From the NCBI RefSeq assembly GCF_009914755.1, contig NC_060934.1: a DNA stretch of 64,000 nt. The stretch is one strand, 5' to 3'. Source of the DNA: the human T2T-CHM13v2.0 reference genome, Homo sapiens. Position numbers and translations under genes: made by a program. The notes beneath the pieces are model-generated. The model had not been told where the DNA came from and searched no databases. It saw only the letters and a program-made list of their open reading frames with translations. Positions 32,546 through 48,684 of this stretch are shown piece after piece. Numbering within the stretch: position 1 is the first letter of the stretch; each line of letters opens with the position of its first letter.

Positions 32546-32625
32546 TTTTAAAAAAATCACTTTATTGAGGTGTGCTTAACATATAAAAAGCTGTACATAA
32601 TTAATGTACAATTCGACAAGTTTGG
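32546..32625 (-). mobile_element. Very short L1M 3' tail
   Basis: CTTTATTGAGGTGTGCTTAACATATAAAAAGCTGTACATA; flanks TGCATGCCTCT / TGTATGTCTCT resemble a TSD. Confidence 0.65.
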
Positions 32626-33065
32626 AGTGTATGTCTCTCAAAATTATTGTTGCGCAATACCATGAATTATTATGTGGCTAATGAAAATGAGGAGAAGGAT
32701 GGTGAAATATTAACATGTGTTTTGCTATATGTATAGTTATTAAAGAGCATGAAAGTTTAAAAAGGTAAATTTGACTTTGAGAGAAAAATGAATTGTACCA
32801 TTGGTGAGACTTAACCCACTAGGGATTTTAATAAATATCATGAAAACATTCAATATATTTTATGTTTGAGTTAAATATCAAATTTGCAAGAGAACTACTT
32901 GCTGAATTTGCATTGATTTTAGATATTGAGATTATTTTTGTGACATTAGTAGAATCTGTTTTTGTAGAGGATTAGTTTTTTCATATTGGTCACTGACTGA
33001 ATGGGATTATAACTGAATTATTATAAATATTGGTTTGTTTCTGAGAAAGAAAAATTGTATTATAG

Positions 33066-33521
33066 TATATTAGGGTTCTTCAGAGAAACAGAAACGCTAG
33101 GATTCGAAATACTGAGTTCAAAGGCCTGAGAACTAGAGAGGAGATGATATAACTCTCAGTCTGAGGCTGAAGCCTGAGAATTGAGTTGGGGATGTTGGGG
33201 GTGGCTAGCCTGGGGCTGGCGATGGAGGTCTGAAGGCCTGAGAACAAGGAGCTTTGATGTCTGAGGGCAAGAGAAGATGGATGTGTCCCAATTCAAAGAG
33301 AGGAGAGAATTTGCCCTTTCTTCTCCATTTGGTCTATTCAGGCCCTCAGCAAATTGGATGGGGCCTACGCACATGGGTGAGGACAGATCCTTATTCAGCC
33401 TGCTGACTCAAATGCTGATCTCTTCCAGAACACCCTCATACATACATCCAGAAATATTTTTTACCAGCTCTCTGGACATCCCTTAGCCCAGTCAAGGTGA
33501 TGCATAAAATTAACCATCATA
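33066..33521 (-). mobile_element. MLT2B-type ERVL solo LTR
   Basis: TATTAGGGTTCTTCAGAGAAACAGAA...AAGGCCTGAGAAC...CCAGTCAAGGTGATGCATAAAATTAACCATCA; TSD TATAG. Confidence 0.9.
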
Positions 33522-34351
33522 TATAGACCACAGGAAGGGGAAATATGAATTGCCCAATGATTTGACTATTGCTATAATGGAAAGAAAAAGATTTTCAATG
33601 CTGATAAAACAAAGTTAATTAAACAGATATATGTTAAGTAAGAATTGTGATTTGAAGAGAAATAAGACATATTCTCTCTTTTGTCATCTCTCTTTTGGGG
33701 ACTATAGCCTAAGACTTCCTTAAATTTTTTTTAACTGAAGTACATTTTATTTTAGTTCATGTAGGGCATGTCTGTCTAGACTTTTCAGTTACTTTTACAA
33801 AAATATCCACGAGATAATTCATGGATCTCATCTTCACCCATTTAACAATAAATATTTGTTCAGTAGGTATTGTATTTCAAGAACTAGGCATTGGGAATAT
33901 AGCAGTGAAAACAATAGGCAAAGCCCTTTATCTTAAGGGGTTTACAAACTAATAGGGGAACAGACAACAGATCAATAATCATGTATAAACCAGTTTCTAT
34001 ATCTTAGGTGGACATAGATAAACATATATTAGGAAAATAAAGTAGGGTAGTAGTGTTTTTGAGTGGTTAAGAGAGGCTCTCTAATAAGAGATTTGTGTTT
34101 TTGGACCAGAGATCTGTAAAATACAAGAGAACAAACCATTCTGTTCTAGGCAGAGGAACATGCTATGATGCATGTGGGCTTGACATGTTTAAGGATCATC
34201 CAGGAAGCCACTGTAGAGGAGGAGCAGTAGGAAAGGATAGGAGAGAGTAGCAGGATCCTGATTATACAGAACCTTGTGGTTATTTTAAGACTGAGATTTT
34301 GTTTGTTCTAATCTAAGAATTTTAGATTAGAAATTTTCTAATTTTCTAATT

Positions 34352-34613
34352 CTTTTTTTTTGTTAGAGACTGGGTCTCACTCTGTTGCCGAGCCTGGAGT
34401 ACAGTGGCACAATCATAGCTCACTGAAGCCTTGAACTCCTGGGCTCAAGCAATCCTACTACCTTAGCCTCCCAAGTAGCTAGGACTACAGGTGTGCGCCA
34501 CTGTGCCTGGCTAATATTTTAAATTTTTCTGTGGAGACAGGATCTCACTATGTTGCCCAGGCTGGTCTCAAACTCCTGGCCTCAAGCAATCCTCTTGCTT
34601 TGGCCTCCCAAAG
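34352..34613 (-). mobile_element. AluJ, slightly 5'-truncated
   Basis: ATCATAGCTCACTGAAGCCTTGAACTCCTGGGCTCAAGC; stops at GGCCTCCCAAAG. Confidence 0.94.
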
Positions 34614-34676
34614 GACTTAGGTTTTGATATAGAGAAAAATGGGAAGCCATCGAAGGATTTTGAAAGAGAGACGTAA

Positions 34677-35012
<336 letters not shown>

Positions 35013-35445
35013 TGATTGCAGTGTGGAAATAGAATGTAGGGACACAAGAAAGTAAGAGAGACGTCAGTTAAAAAACTACTACAATAATTCAGTTGAAAGA
35101 CAATGGTGGACTTCGGGGAGGTGATAATGGTGAAGTTGGTGAGGAATGAGGAATTCTAGATATGTATATATATTGCTAGTGGTAGGATTTCATGATGGAT
35201 TGGGTGTGTCGTGTGAGAAAAACAGACCAACCTAAGAGCTATCTTCTCTGATTTACAGAAGAGCAACACATTTTACTCTATTTCCTTTTTGTCTCATTGG
35301 GGTGGTGGTAGGATGGAGTGTCTGGGCGTATGAGGTAGGAGACTGTTGAGGAGAATTCATCTTGGGCTTTTTGCAGCCTTCATATTTACTGTTCTTATGA
35401 GCTATTCCCCAAGCCTCAGATTGTTCATTCACTTTTGCCATTGTC

Positions 35446-35774
35446 ATGCTTCCTCTGAGACTTTGGGTGGAATCCTCTCTTGTCTTCTTAGCTTCTGATG
35501 GTGGCCAGCAACGCTTGGTGTTTCTGGGATTGTAGATATTAATATCTCACTCCAGTGTTTGCCTCTGTTTTCACATGGTCATCTTCCTGTGCATCCCTGT
35601 CGTCTCCTCTTCTTATAAGGGCACCAATCATATTAGATTAGGGACCCGTCCTACTCCAGTATGATCTTATCTTAATCATTCACAACCACCCCTTTTCCAA
35701 ATAAGGTCACATTCTAAATATTGGGGACCAGGGCTTCAACATGTTGTTTTAGGGGACACAATTAAACTCATAAT
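35446..35774 (-). mobile_element. MLT1B/MLT1C MaLR LTR, partial
   Basis: CTCTTCTTATAAGGGCACCAATCATATTAGATTAGGG...CCAAATAAGGTCACATTCT...GGGGACACAATT. Confidence 0.88.
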
Positions 35775-35894
35775 GATGACGGAAATGATGAAGCCTGCTG
35801 GTATTCCTTGTAGACCCAATTACTCTTTGGTAGTTTTAGTGCCTGTTTCTCCTAAGAGTTTATTTTTTAGCCTACCACAGTTTTATGAATGCTG

Positions 35895-36163
35895 GCAGAA
35901 CAAATATGCATCTTGAGTCAAAGATGGAGAAGAGTTTATTACCCATAGCAATAGGAGTAGTCAAAATACCAGCATTTTGGCATCCATTGCCCAAGCCCCA
36001 CTTCCCACATGGTGATGTGAAGAGAATCAGATGACATTTGCACACTGAATGGATTACATTATGAGAGGAAGATGCTGAGTTTAGGGAACCTGAATCTTTT
36101 AATGGGCAGTAAGCATGGCTGCTGTCTGTTTCAGAGGGACTCCTGGAGAATTGTTGTCCAACA
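35895..36163 (-). mobile_element. ERVL-class LTR fragment (subfamily unsure)
   Basis: GAGTTTAGGGAACCTGAATCTTTTAATGGGCAGTAAGCATG...GGAGAATTGTTGTCCAACA. Confidence 0.45.
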
Positions 36164-36346
36164 ACTGTTATGAGGGGTTATTTCCTCATGAGAATACATA
36201 TGGTGATGTTGTAATATTTTTCAGAAAATGTGATGATTTGTATAAAGTTTTGCAGTGAAATATATTTAAATGCTGTTACAACATCATTGCATAGAGCAAT
36301 AACTCTAAGCCATGCACTTCAATGTATAATTCATACATGGTCCTCA

Positions 36347-36802
<456 letters not shown>

Positions 36803-37662
36803 TTAATCCTTACAAAAACACATCAGATCAAAGAGCTTTGGTAACTCTCCCAATGTCATAGTGCTAACAGAAGAGAATCAGGACTGAAACCCGAGTCTGC
36901 CTGGTACCCATTCCTGATTCTTAACTACTTTATTATGAAAAAGATGTAAAGTACCTGGTATAATTAATAATAGGTGTTTATATTTAGTAGTCACAATTTA
37001 GTAGTTAGAATTTATAGAAGTCAACAGATTTCCAAAATGAATTCTGAACTATTTCTTGGAAACAGACAAAGACACAGTTGTGTTAACATCAGAGAAATCA
37101 AAGTAGAGAACATCCCTAGAAAACAGACATCTGTCATTGTCCTTAGAGCAGTTTTTTTTAGAGAAAAATTTGATATAAAAAAGGAATTGTCATCCCTCTG
37201 GGCATGGACATTGTCTGTTAACTAACGGAATTGTTTGGCTTATAACAGCCAGCGAATGTGAACTATAATTCAGATTTATATATTCATTTGATCATATCTG
37301 CCAAAACAGGAGAAAAAACAGGGACAAGAGTGGGGAATTTATTTTATTTTGCAAGTCAGAAGAGCAGAAAATTTCCTGTGTGATTGCCTTGGTGTAGAAG
37401 GGAGTCCTGAACAGTGCTCTAGGTATTTTGGTTGAGTATACACATGAGATTTACCATCCCCTTACATTTTCTCATTGTGTGCTTGGCTTTATCAGGTTTG
37501 TCTCATCTCTACCACTGGGCGTTTTCTTCTTTGGTTTTGCTGGTATAAATTTACTAGGCATTAATCACATGCAAGCACTGTAGAAAATACCAGTTACATA
37601 GGATCCCTTCTCAGTAAATTTGTGATAGAAATGGAAACATCAAGTGATATTTTCTGGGATGG

Positions 37663-38032
37663 TGATAGGGTTTGGTTGTGTCCCCACTCAAGTCTCATCT
37701 TGAATCGTAGTTCCCATAACCTCCACATGTCATGGGAGAGACCCAGTTGGAGGTAATTTGATCTTGGGGTGGTTACCCTCATGCTTTTCTCATGCTAGTG
37801 AGTTCTCACCGGATCTGATGATTTTATAAGGGGCTTTTCCCTATTTTGTGCAGCACTTCTCTTTGCTGCCAACATGTGAAGAAGGACATGTTTGCTTCCC
37901 TTTCCACCATGATTGTAAGTTTCCTGAGCCCTTCCCAGGCATGCTGAACTGTGAGTCAGTTAAACCTCTTTTCTTTATAAACTACCGGTCTTGCGTTTGT
38001 TTTTATTAGCAGCATGAGAATGGACTAATAAA
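37663..38032 (+). mobile_element. THE1 (THE1B-like) MaLR solo LTR
   Basis: TGATAGGGTTTGGTTGTGTCCCCAC...GGACTAATAAA; TSD GATGG (37658-37662 / 38033-38037). Confidence 0.94.
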
Positions 38033-38906
38033 GATGGCAAGTGGATATTTCTGTTTTTAATTTATTTTCAGTGATGGGTCAGTTAGATTCTCAAGTGGCA
38101 TCCAAACACAGCATGTCACGTGACATATTTATTTTGCTAAGAGTTAACATTTTCTTTGGCCATTGGTTTTGTTATTGCTGGAGCTTATACTGTTCTATGT
38201 TGCTTGCTTGTTGGTATAATTGAGTGTACTACCCAGGTGTTTGGACAGTCTTGTTGCCAATAATTAATAAATACTATCACTTGAGGCTTAAGGAAATGAC
38301 TTTGATTCTAAAATAAATGTTTACATCTGGGAGAAGCATTTGACTTCCAATGTAATATGAGTTTCCTTTAACTTGATTAGCTCTGGGGTTATCTTTTCAA
38401 GAATGCCAGTTAAGTGCAAACCTGCCCTAGAAAACAAATTCCTTTCAAACACAGGCTGCCAGCAAAGGGGCACAGGCTATTGGCAAGACATTGAAATATC
38501 AAAGTTGGAGGCCAAAGGATTGCGTTTTAATCCTAATGCCTCTTCTCATTAAATTCTTAATTTTGGGCAAATCTCTTAAACTTTTGGTGACCATCTTTCC
38601 ATTTACAATGAGAGCACCTGAATATCTCTAAAACTGATAGGTGCATATAACCTCTTTTATTACTTGTTAATTTTATTTCTTCTAACTTTGTGTGACATTT
38701 AAGAGTTTACTAAGATATTATATAAAATTCTTTGTTCCAGTTTGTATTGGTGTAAAATAAATCATCCTGAAACATAGTGGCTTGGCATGGTAATCTTTTC
38801 TTTTTTTTTCTTATGAATCTGAAATTTGGACAGAGCTTGACAGCAAGGAGCTCATCTCTGCTGGGTACCAGCTGGGGCTGCATGGTGGTGGCTAGCAGGT
38901 TCATTA

Positions 38907-39038
38907 AAAATTTTTTTTTGGTAGAGATGGGGTCTCAATACATTGCACAGGCTAGTCTTGAACTCCTGGGCTCAAGTGATCCTCCTGCCTTGGCCTCCAA
39001 AGGTGCTGGCATTACAGGCGTGAGCCACTGTACTTGGC
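38907..39038 (-). mobile_element. FLAM_C / Alu left monomer
   Basis: GTAGAGATGGGGTCTC...GAACTCCTGGGCTCAAGTGATCC...GAGCCACTG. Confidence 0.9.
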
Positions 39039-39394
39039 GGAGATCCATTTTTAAGATGCTAGCAAATTGGTGCAGGCCATTTGCAGGGACCTCAGTGCTG
39101 TGGGTTAGGGGTCTGGTTCTGATTCAGCTGGACCTCTCCATGGCCTGTTTGTAGATCCTCACAGCATGATGTCAGGTTGCAAGAGCAAGTACCCCAAGAG
39201 AAAAGTGGAAGCCGCCAGTTCCTAAAGCCTGGAGTCAGACACAGGTACAGTGTTGCTTTTGCTATATTCTGTTTTTGAAGTTTTTACAAAGCCCCATTTC
39301 AAGAGGAGAGAACCTAGAGGCCACCTTTCAGTGAGAGGTGTGTCAAAAAATTTGGAGGCCATTTAAAATAAATTTTTAAAATACATTTATCTGA

Positions 39395-39667
<273 letters not shown>

Positions 39668-40885
39668 GGAGGCCATTTTTAAAACCACCACACCCAGTTT
39701 CTGAACTACTGACAATTTATCATGCATCCTTGTAAATAGCATTTCCTATGTTTAACTTTTTTCTTTAAAATAGGAATGTTCCCTTGGTAGCCTACATCTC
39801 TGAATTTGAAACTTCCTCACCATAGTTATTACATATATGTGTATATATATATGAATTTCTAATGAAGCAAATGGACAAAGACCTAGAAGACAGAAGAAAA
39901 ATTTGTTGTTACCTACATCTAAGAGTATTAAAACACTCATAAATTCATTCAGAAGAATTAATTTAAAATTAATTATCACTCAACTTAATTCAGAAAGATA
40001 AAACATCTTATTGAGAAACTCTCAATCAGTGACATCAATGTATCATTAAAAGGAAAAGTCAGAGTAGAGCTAGTGGCAGTCAGTCTGATAAATTATAACA
40101 TAAATACACTTTGTATGAGAACATTCTCCATTTAATCAATGTCACTGATAAACATCCTCAGCAGGAAAGGGTAGGAGTTCCGATCTAGGTTGCGAAAGCA
40201 TTCCACACAATGAAGTAAAGAAGGCTTTGTGAACATTAGTTCTGGGTAGGTAGGAGGATTTCTAAATAGCTCCAGAATATTAAGATAGAGTAGAGATACT
40301 AAATGGATAGAATGGCCACAAGTCCTTTTACAACGTTCACTGGGGCACAATTTCAGAAGCTTGAGCACAAGTACAGCTTTAGAACAGTTAAGGTTGGAAG
40401 ATAGATAAATCTGATATGAAATAGTCTAAAATGGGATGAGTTTTTTTCTGTAGGAGAAAATATGAGTCAAAGAGGGGAAGGTTAAATTAACATTAGGTAT
40501 TGAAAATACCAGCCAAAGCAAAATCTGGAGACTCCTGTAATAGCGAGAGCATCTTTTTTGGCCATCTTCTTCCAGGGGTCCTGAGGAAGAAGGAGGTGGC
40601 CACGTGAGATAGCTGGTGTCCCGGACACCTTCTCTGAGGACCTTCCTGCTTCCCCAAGTGCTAATACCTTCGTGCTCTTTTCTGCTGTCCTGACAATTAG
40701 CCTTCATCAGATGGCTCTTTTATGTCTATTGCAGATTATTGGGTTGCATGTGCATCTCCTTCACTTAATGTACCTTTTTACCATAATGACTGAATGAATA
40801 TGGAGCTTTTCACGCTACGTTGTTAAATCTACTTGTTCTTCATTATTGGCATGAAATCACCTTTTTGTTCTTCTGCATGGTAGAA

Positions 40886-41390
40886 GTTAATATTGAGTGT
40901 CAACTTGATTGGATTGAAGATGCAAAGTATTGTTCCTGGGTGTGTCAGTGAGGTTGTTACCAAAGGAGATTAACATTTGAGTCAGTGGACGGGGAGAGGT
41001 AGACCTACCCTCAATCTGGGTGGACATCATCTAATCAGCTGCCAGTGTGGATAGGATAAAAGCAGGCAGAGGAGCATAGAAGGACTGGACTGGCTTAGTC
41101 TTCTGGCCTCCATCTTTCTCCCATGCTTGATGCTTTCTGCCCTCGAACATCAGACTCCAAGTTCTTCAGTTTTGAGACTCTTGGACCTCCGACCATAGAA
41201 TGAAGGCTGCACTGTCGGCTTCCATGCTTTTGAGTTTTGGAACTTGGCCTGGCGTCCTTGCTCCTCACCTTGCAGATGGCCTATTGTGAGTCTTCACATT
41301 GTTATCATGTGAGCTAATACTCCTTAATAAACTCCCCTTTATCTATCTATTCTATTAGTTATGTTCCTCTAGAGAACCCTGACTAATACA
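40886..41390 (+). mobile_element. MLT2A (A1/A2) HERV-L solo LTR
   Basis: GTTAATATTGAGTGTCAACTTGATTGGATTGAAG...AATAAACTCCCCTTT...CTAGAGAACCCTGACTAATACA; first few nt lost; flanks GTAGA / GTAGG. Confidence 0.93.
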
Positions 41391-41694
41391 GTAGGTCTAT
41401 GTCTGCCTTTTATCTTAACATAATAAATTTACTTATATAATCATCTGTTGAAAGGACCATGTGAATCACAAATTGATTTCTTTAATCAGACTTATATCTA
41501 CTAATAATTTAGGATTGTTCTTTCAACCCATTGCTAACCACAGCATCACGCACAATGATGTTAAGAGTAAATGCTTTGATATTTGTCCCACTAAGAAAAA
41601 AGATCTACTTATTTATATTTGCTTTTGTTATTGGACAATAAGATAAATAACCAATTCACTTTTTAAATCATTAATTTGAAACTTTATTAAATAA

Positions 41695-43082
<1,388 letters not shown>

Positions 43083-44914
43083 TCAGAAAAAAAGACAAAA
43101 GCAGGAAGGCTCAAGTACCACCGTACTCCCTAACATGGAGAGCCTTGGTAGCTCACTTGTCTCTCCCTCATTGCCTTTGAAATGCTGTTCTCTTTTTATT
43201 TTGTTATGCAAAATACATTAGATGCAAAACAATGTGCAGCATAACACTTCCTCAGTTTCTATGGTAATGATCTCATGTAGGTATTTACAAGTGAGCATAT
43301 AAATATGTAATAAAAATTAGGCTCCAGTATCAATGACTTGTGTCCTATTTGTATATATACTTTTGCCAAATTCTAACATCAAGTAGACAAGTCAGTCAAT
43401 AAAAATGGTGATACCAACTAGGCAAACTTATAAGGAATTCACTTTCCATGCCTATAGAATTGAAATACTAAAATCATGACATAAATTAGAAACATCGACG
43501 TTATGAAAAAAGATGAAAATATAGGAGGCAAATAATATACTATCCCAGGGATGTTTTTGCAAAGGAGGACACATAATGTCTGTGTTCTTCATTTTAGCAG
43601 TTTAATTGAATTTGTGTATAAGACGATTATGTGCTTGCATTTCTTCTTAATTTCTTCTTTATTTTTCCTTTGTCCTTTCCTAATGAGATTTGACTTCCTC
43701 TTTAAACATACTTTTGTAATCTTTGTTCCTTTGGCCTAGTAAAAACCACCTTTTTACTAGAATGTATAAGGAACACTAGCACCTTTCATATTAAACACAT
43801 TCAATACAAATGACAAATTTCCTTTTGAAATTCTGGAAAACTTGGCTGATTTACTGATCTTTGTGGTGTCCTTGAGTACCCTGTATCTTTTAGTGTATAA
43901 TTTTTAGTGAAGAAGGATTTATTATGAATATACAAAAGCAATTTGGAGAGCCTAAGGATGAAAGTACCATTTGGTCACACAAAAAATGAGATAAACAAAA
44001 TGAAACATTGTATGAAGCCAAAGCAGCAAATCTTACTCTTCCATATAAATCTTTTTGTCTCTCTCTATAGCTACAAGTCTCTCCTCTTCATTTTTCCTCT
44101 GTATCTTTGGTTCATTCTTTCTTTTCTCTTCATAGGATTTTCTTTTTTGCTTATGTGTGCAGAAAGAGAAGTGGCAGCAACAGACATATGTGGTCTCCCA
44201 CCAAAATGCTCAGGAGGCACATACTAGATTCATACTCCGTATCTCACATATGCTAACATGCACTATTGCTTAATGTATTACCAAGGAAAAAATGCTGTCT
44301 GTTAAATGTAATGACAAGCTATTGTAAGATGCATTATGATTTTGGAAATAAAATATGTGAAAAGTGTATTTAGCATCAACAGAATACAGTACTAGAGTGT
44401 CTGGTGTCCAGACTGTAAATTCCTGGAGAGAACCTGATTGGTTCAGCCAACTGACTGTGGCCTTCAAGCTCAAGTGTGTATTCCAGGCCCAGTTAGCCAT
44501 GGCAAGAGGGACTGCAATTGGTTAAGGGAAAAGTTCCCAGGCAAAGAGCAGGTGGTGGGTGGGAGCCAGGAATTACTCCATATTGTTCTTTAACATTTTC
44601 TAGAATTTTACTTTCAGTATTTTGCTAACACAAAATGTTGATGTGTTTGCTTTTAAGTTTTCTGTTGCATTGCTGCAAAATATTGGTTAAAAAATTCATG
44701 CAGGCAAAAATCCAATGTATACTAAATTGTTGTTAATTCAGAAAGTAAAAAATGTATCCTTTGAATATTGAAAGTTCCATTATACGGTCCAGCTACAAAC
44801 TAAAAATAATTTTCTTTTGTGTTGTTGGTGACCATATAACCATATAGGTCAGGCAAAGAACTATGGAAGTTGAGGTTTTGGGTTTAATCTCAAATTAAAA
44901 ATTAATATTTAACC

Positions 44915-45523
<609 letters not shown>

Positions 45524-48380
45524 CTAAGTGTAATGAGACTGGCTGGTTGCTCCTAATGTTGCTGGTAAAAGTGGGAGAAGAAAAGGATGAACTCAGGGAT
45601 ACAAGTTCCTAACTCAAGCATAGAATGAATGAACCAAAAGCTTCTATGTCTGCCCAGAATGCAACACTTAACTTCTACAGCTGTGGGGCTGAGATTGCTG
45701 AAAACCAAACCAGCATCTCATCCTGTAAGTGACTGTATTACAAAGCAAATTGAATTCTCAGTCTCACAGGGTGTCTACTGTTAAGGTGAGGGCATTGATT
45801 AGAAAGGAATGGGATTCAGGAAGTTGGAGAATGTGTGTGTGTGAAAACCATGGAAAAGCTGGGGACATTGAACCCCTAAATTTGAATGCATCTTCCTTGC
45901 CTATAGAAGCAGTCTCGCCACCACCGTTGAGGAGATTAACCGTGCATTGCCTAAAGAAACTGCAACAGCCTCCCTTGAGGCAGTTGCCAAGCAAGACAGT
46001 GCTCATTCTCCTTAGGACTCATGCTAAATACCCTTCTTTGCTTCTCCTCCTATAACTAGACTGAAGTTTTAGAGGTCCCCAAAGGTGAATTACAAAGTGT
46101 GAGTCATGCAGAAGTATGCTACTGTCCAGAAAAACGTATTGATTTTTTAATTTATACAAACAGAAACCCGTGGATATGTGTGGAAATGAATATTAAGGGT
46201 GTGGAATAATGGTGGAAGGAACCAATAAAGTTGGATCAGGCTGAATTGATTGACGTGAGTTCACTAATCAGACATTCTGCATTTAAGTCACAGTTCAGGG
46301 AGTTAGAAAGAATTCTCACAGATAGGTTGGTTGGTTGGTTGGTTGGTTGAAACATGGAGCAAAAGGAGGCCCATATTGATTGAACCTGAAATGCCATATC
46401 TTCCTTGGTTTACCATAGAGGAAGCCATTCAAAGGGTTAGGGAGTTTGGAACGTCAGAGTGAATTTGTCATCTAAGACCTACTTACCTGCCCTGGGAGCT
46501 TTCCCTACAACTATGGGAAATGAATTTGTTAGAGGAGCCCCAATATTCTTGAAGAGCTCTGTGATCCCTGTTCCCTGTAGGCCAGAACTTACAGTGAGAG
46601 CTACAGCCACTGAACTAGGAAAACTAAATGCAATGGGAATAATTGCATCCTGGGGTGGTAGGGGCTAAGTGGTGGCACTCACAACCTAAGGCAGGTAGAT
46701 ACAGTTACTGTAATGAACAGCAGAGGCAAAGCAGTGATTCATTAGTCTGACTCATGCTGATTATGGGATTGGCTAGTTAAATGTTATGTTCCCAGAGGTG
46801 AAATAGATAGGAAGGCTATTAAATTCATTCTTGATCTATATAAGCAAGAAAGCTCTAGGTCAAGAGAAAAAAAGTCTAACCTGAGTCACAAAAACATAGA
46901 GTCATGGCCCGTATGTCAATTATTAGATTTGAACCAGTTTATAGACACGGAGCCCCTTGAATGAAGGGGCAGTTAAATCCCTTTGAGGAAGAACCCTAGT
47001 CCACTGCTAAAAATTTATACTGTTAACCTTTCTTCTAGCTTTCCCCCAAAGGACTACAGCTTTTTACTATGGTAGCTATGCACAAGGGAAAAAGAACTAA
47101 TCAGACTTTAGGGGACTACTGGACACTAACTGAAGTGGTACTGATTTCAAGAGACTCAAACCATTGTTGTGGTCTGTAAGCCAATAGGGACTTCTGAAGG
47201 TCATCAGTGGAGTTTTAGCTCAGGTCTGTGGGCCTAGTGGATTCCCGAAGCCATCTTGGTTGTTACCCCAGTTCCGGAATTCATAATTGGAATAGACATA
47301 CTCAGCAACTGGTAGAATTCCCACATTGATTCTCTGACGTGTGGAATCAGGGCTATCATGATGGGAAAAGATAAGTGTAAGCAACTAGAATTGCCTTTAT
47401 CTACAAAAGTAGTAAACTAAAATGTGTATCATGTTCCTAGAGAGCTTCAAGAGATGAGTGCCACCAGCAAAGACTTGAAAGAGACAGGGGTGGTGATTCC
47501 CACCACAATCCTGTTCAGTTCACTTACTTTGCCTGTGCAGAAGACAGATGGATCTTGGAGAATGGCAGTGGATTATTATAACTTAACCAGGTGGTGACCC
47601 TAATTGCAGCTGCTGTATTAGATAATGTGATTTCATTATTTGAGCAAATTAACACCTGGCACCTGATATGTAGCTATTGATCTGAAATGTGCCTTTTCCT
47701 CCATACCTGCCCATAAGGTCCATAAGAAAGATTTTACTTTCAGCTGTCAATGCTACCAGTACATCTTCACTGTTCTACCTCAGTGGTATATCAACTCTTC
47801 AGCCTTGTGTCATAATTTAGAGTGCAGGGATCTTGTTAGACTTGCCATTCCACCAAATATTACACTGGTCCATTACATTGATGACATTTTGCTGATTAGA
47901 CCTAGAGAGCAAGAAGTAGAAATCACACTAGACTTATTGGTAAGACATTTGCATGTAAGAGGGTGGGATATAAATCGGTCTAAAATTTGGGAGTCTTCTA
48001 GTTCAGTGAAATTTCTAGAGGTCCAGTGGTATAGGACATGTTGAGATATTCCTTTTAAAGTGAAGGATATATTGTTTGCCTCTGGCTCTTCCTACAACAA
48101 AAAAAGAGGCTCAATGCCTAGTGGGCCTCTTTAAGTTTTAGAGGCCACATCTTCCTCATTTGGATGTGTTACTCCAGCCATATACATACAGTTTTGAGTC
48201 GGGCTCATAAAAAGAGAAGGTTCTGCAACAGGTCCAGGCTGCTCTGCCAACTGCTCTGCCAGTTGGGCCACATGATCCAGTAGATCCAATGGAGTCTGAG
48301 GTATCAGTCATAGGTAGGAATGCTGTTTGATGACTTTGGCTGACCCTTATGGGAGAATCAAAGATGACAACTACTCTCCT

Positions 48381-48684
48381 TTTTAAATTTTAATTTAATT
48401 TTATAATGAGACAAGGTCTTGCTCTGTGGCCCAGGCAGGAGTGCAGTGGTGCAATCACAGCTCACTGCAACCTTGACCTACTGAGCTCAAGCAATCCTCC
48501 CACCTCAGCTGCCTGAGTAGCTGGGACTACAGATACACACCACTGTGCCTAGCTAATATTTTTTGGCTTTTTTTTTTTTTTCTTAGTGTTACCCAGGCTT
48601 GTCTTGAACTCCTGAGTTCAAGCAATCTTCCCACCTTGGCTTCCCAGAGTGCTGAGATTACATGCGTAAGCCATTGCCCTGGCC
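48381..48684 (-). mobile_element. AluJ inserted in ERVL pol
   Basis: Antisense dimer; TSD-like TACTCTC(C)TTTT. Confidence 0.93.

Noticed and set aside
35253-35447. 64-aa minus-strand ORF in non-repeat-looking DNA, possibly a retrocopy fragment
   Set aside because: I recognise no protein and see no polyA tail or TSD; a BLASTX/BLASTN hit would be needed.
47805-48044. ORF with a YIDD reverse-transcriptase motif
   Set aside because: A 79-aa stretch of a stop-riddled ERV-L pol. It cannot encode an active RT and is not a retron- or DGR-type system.
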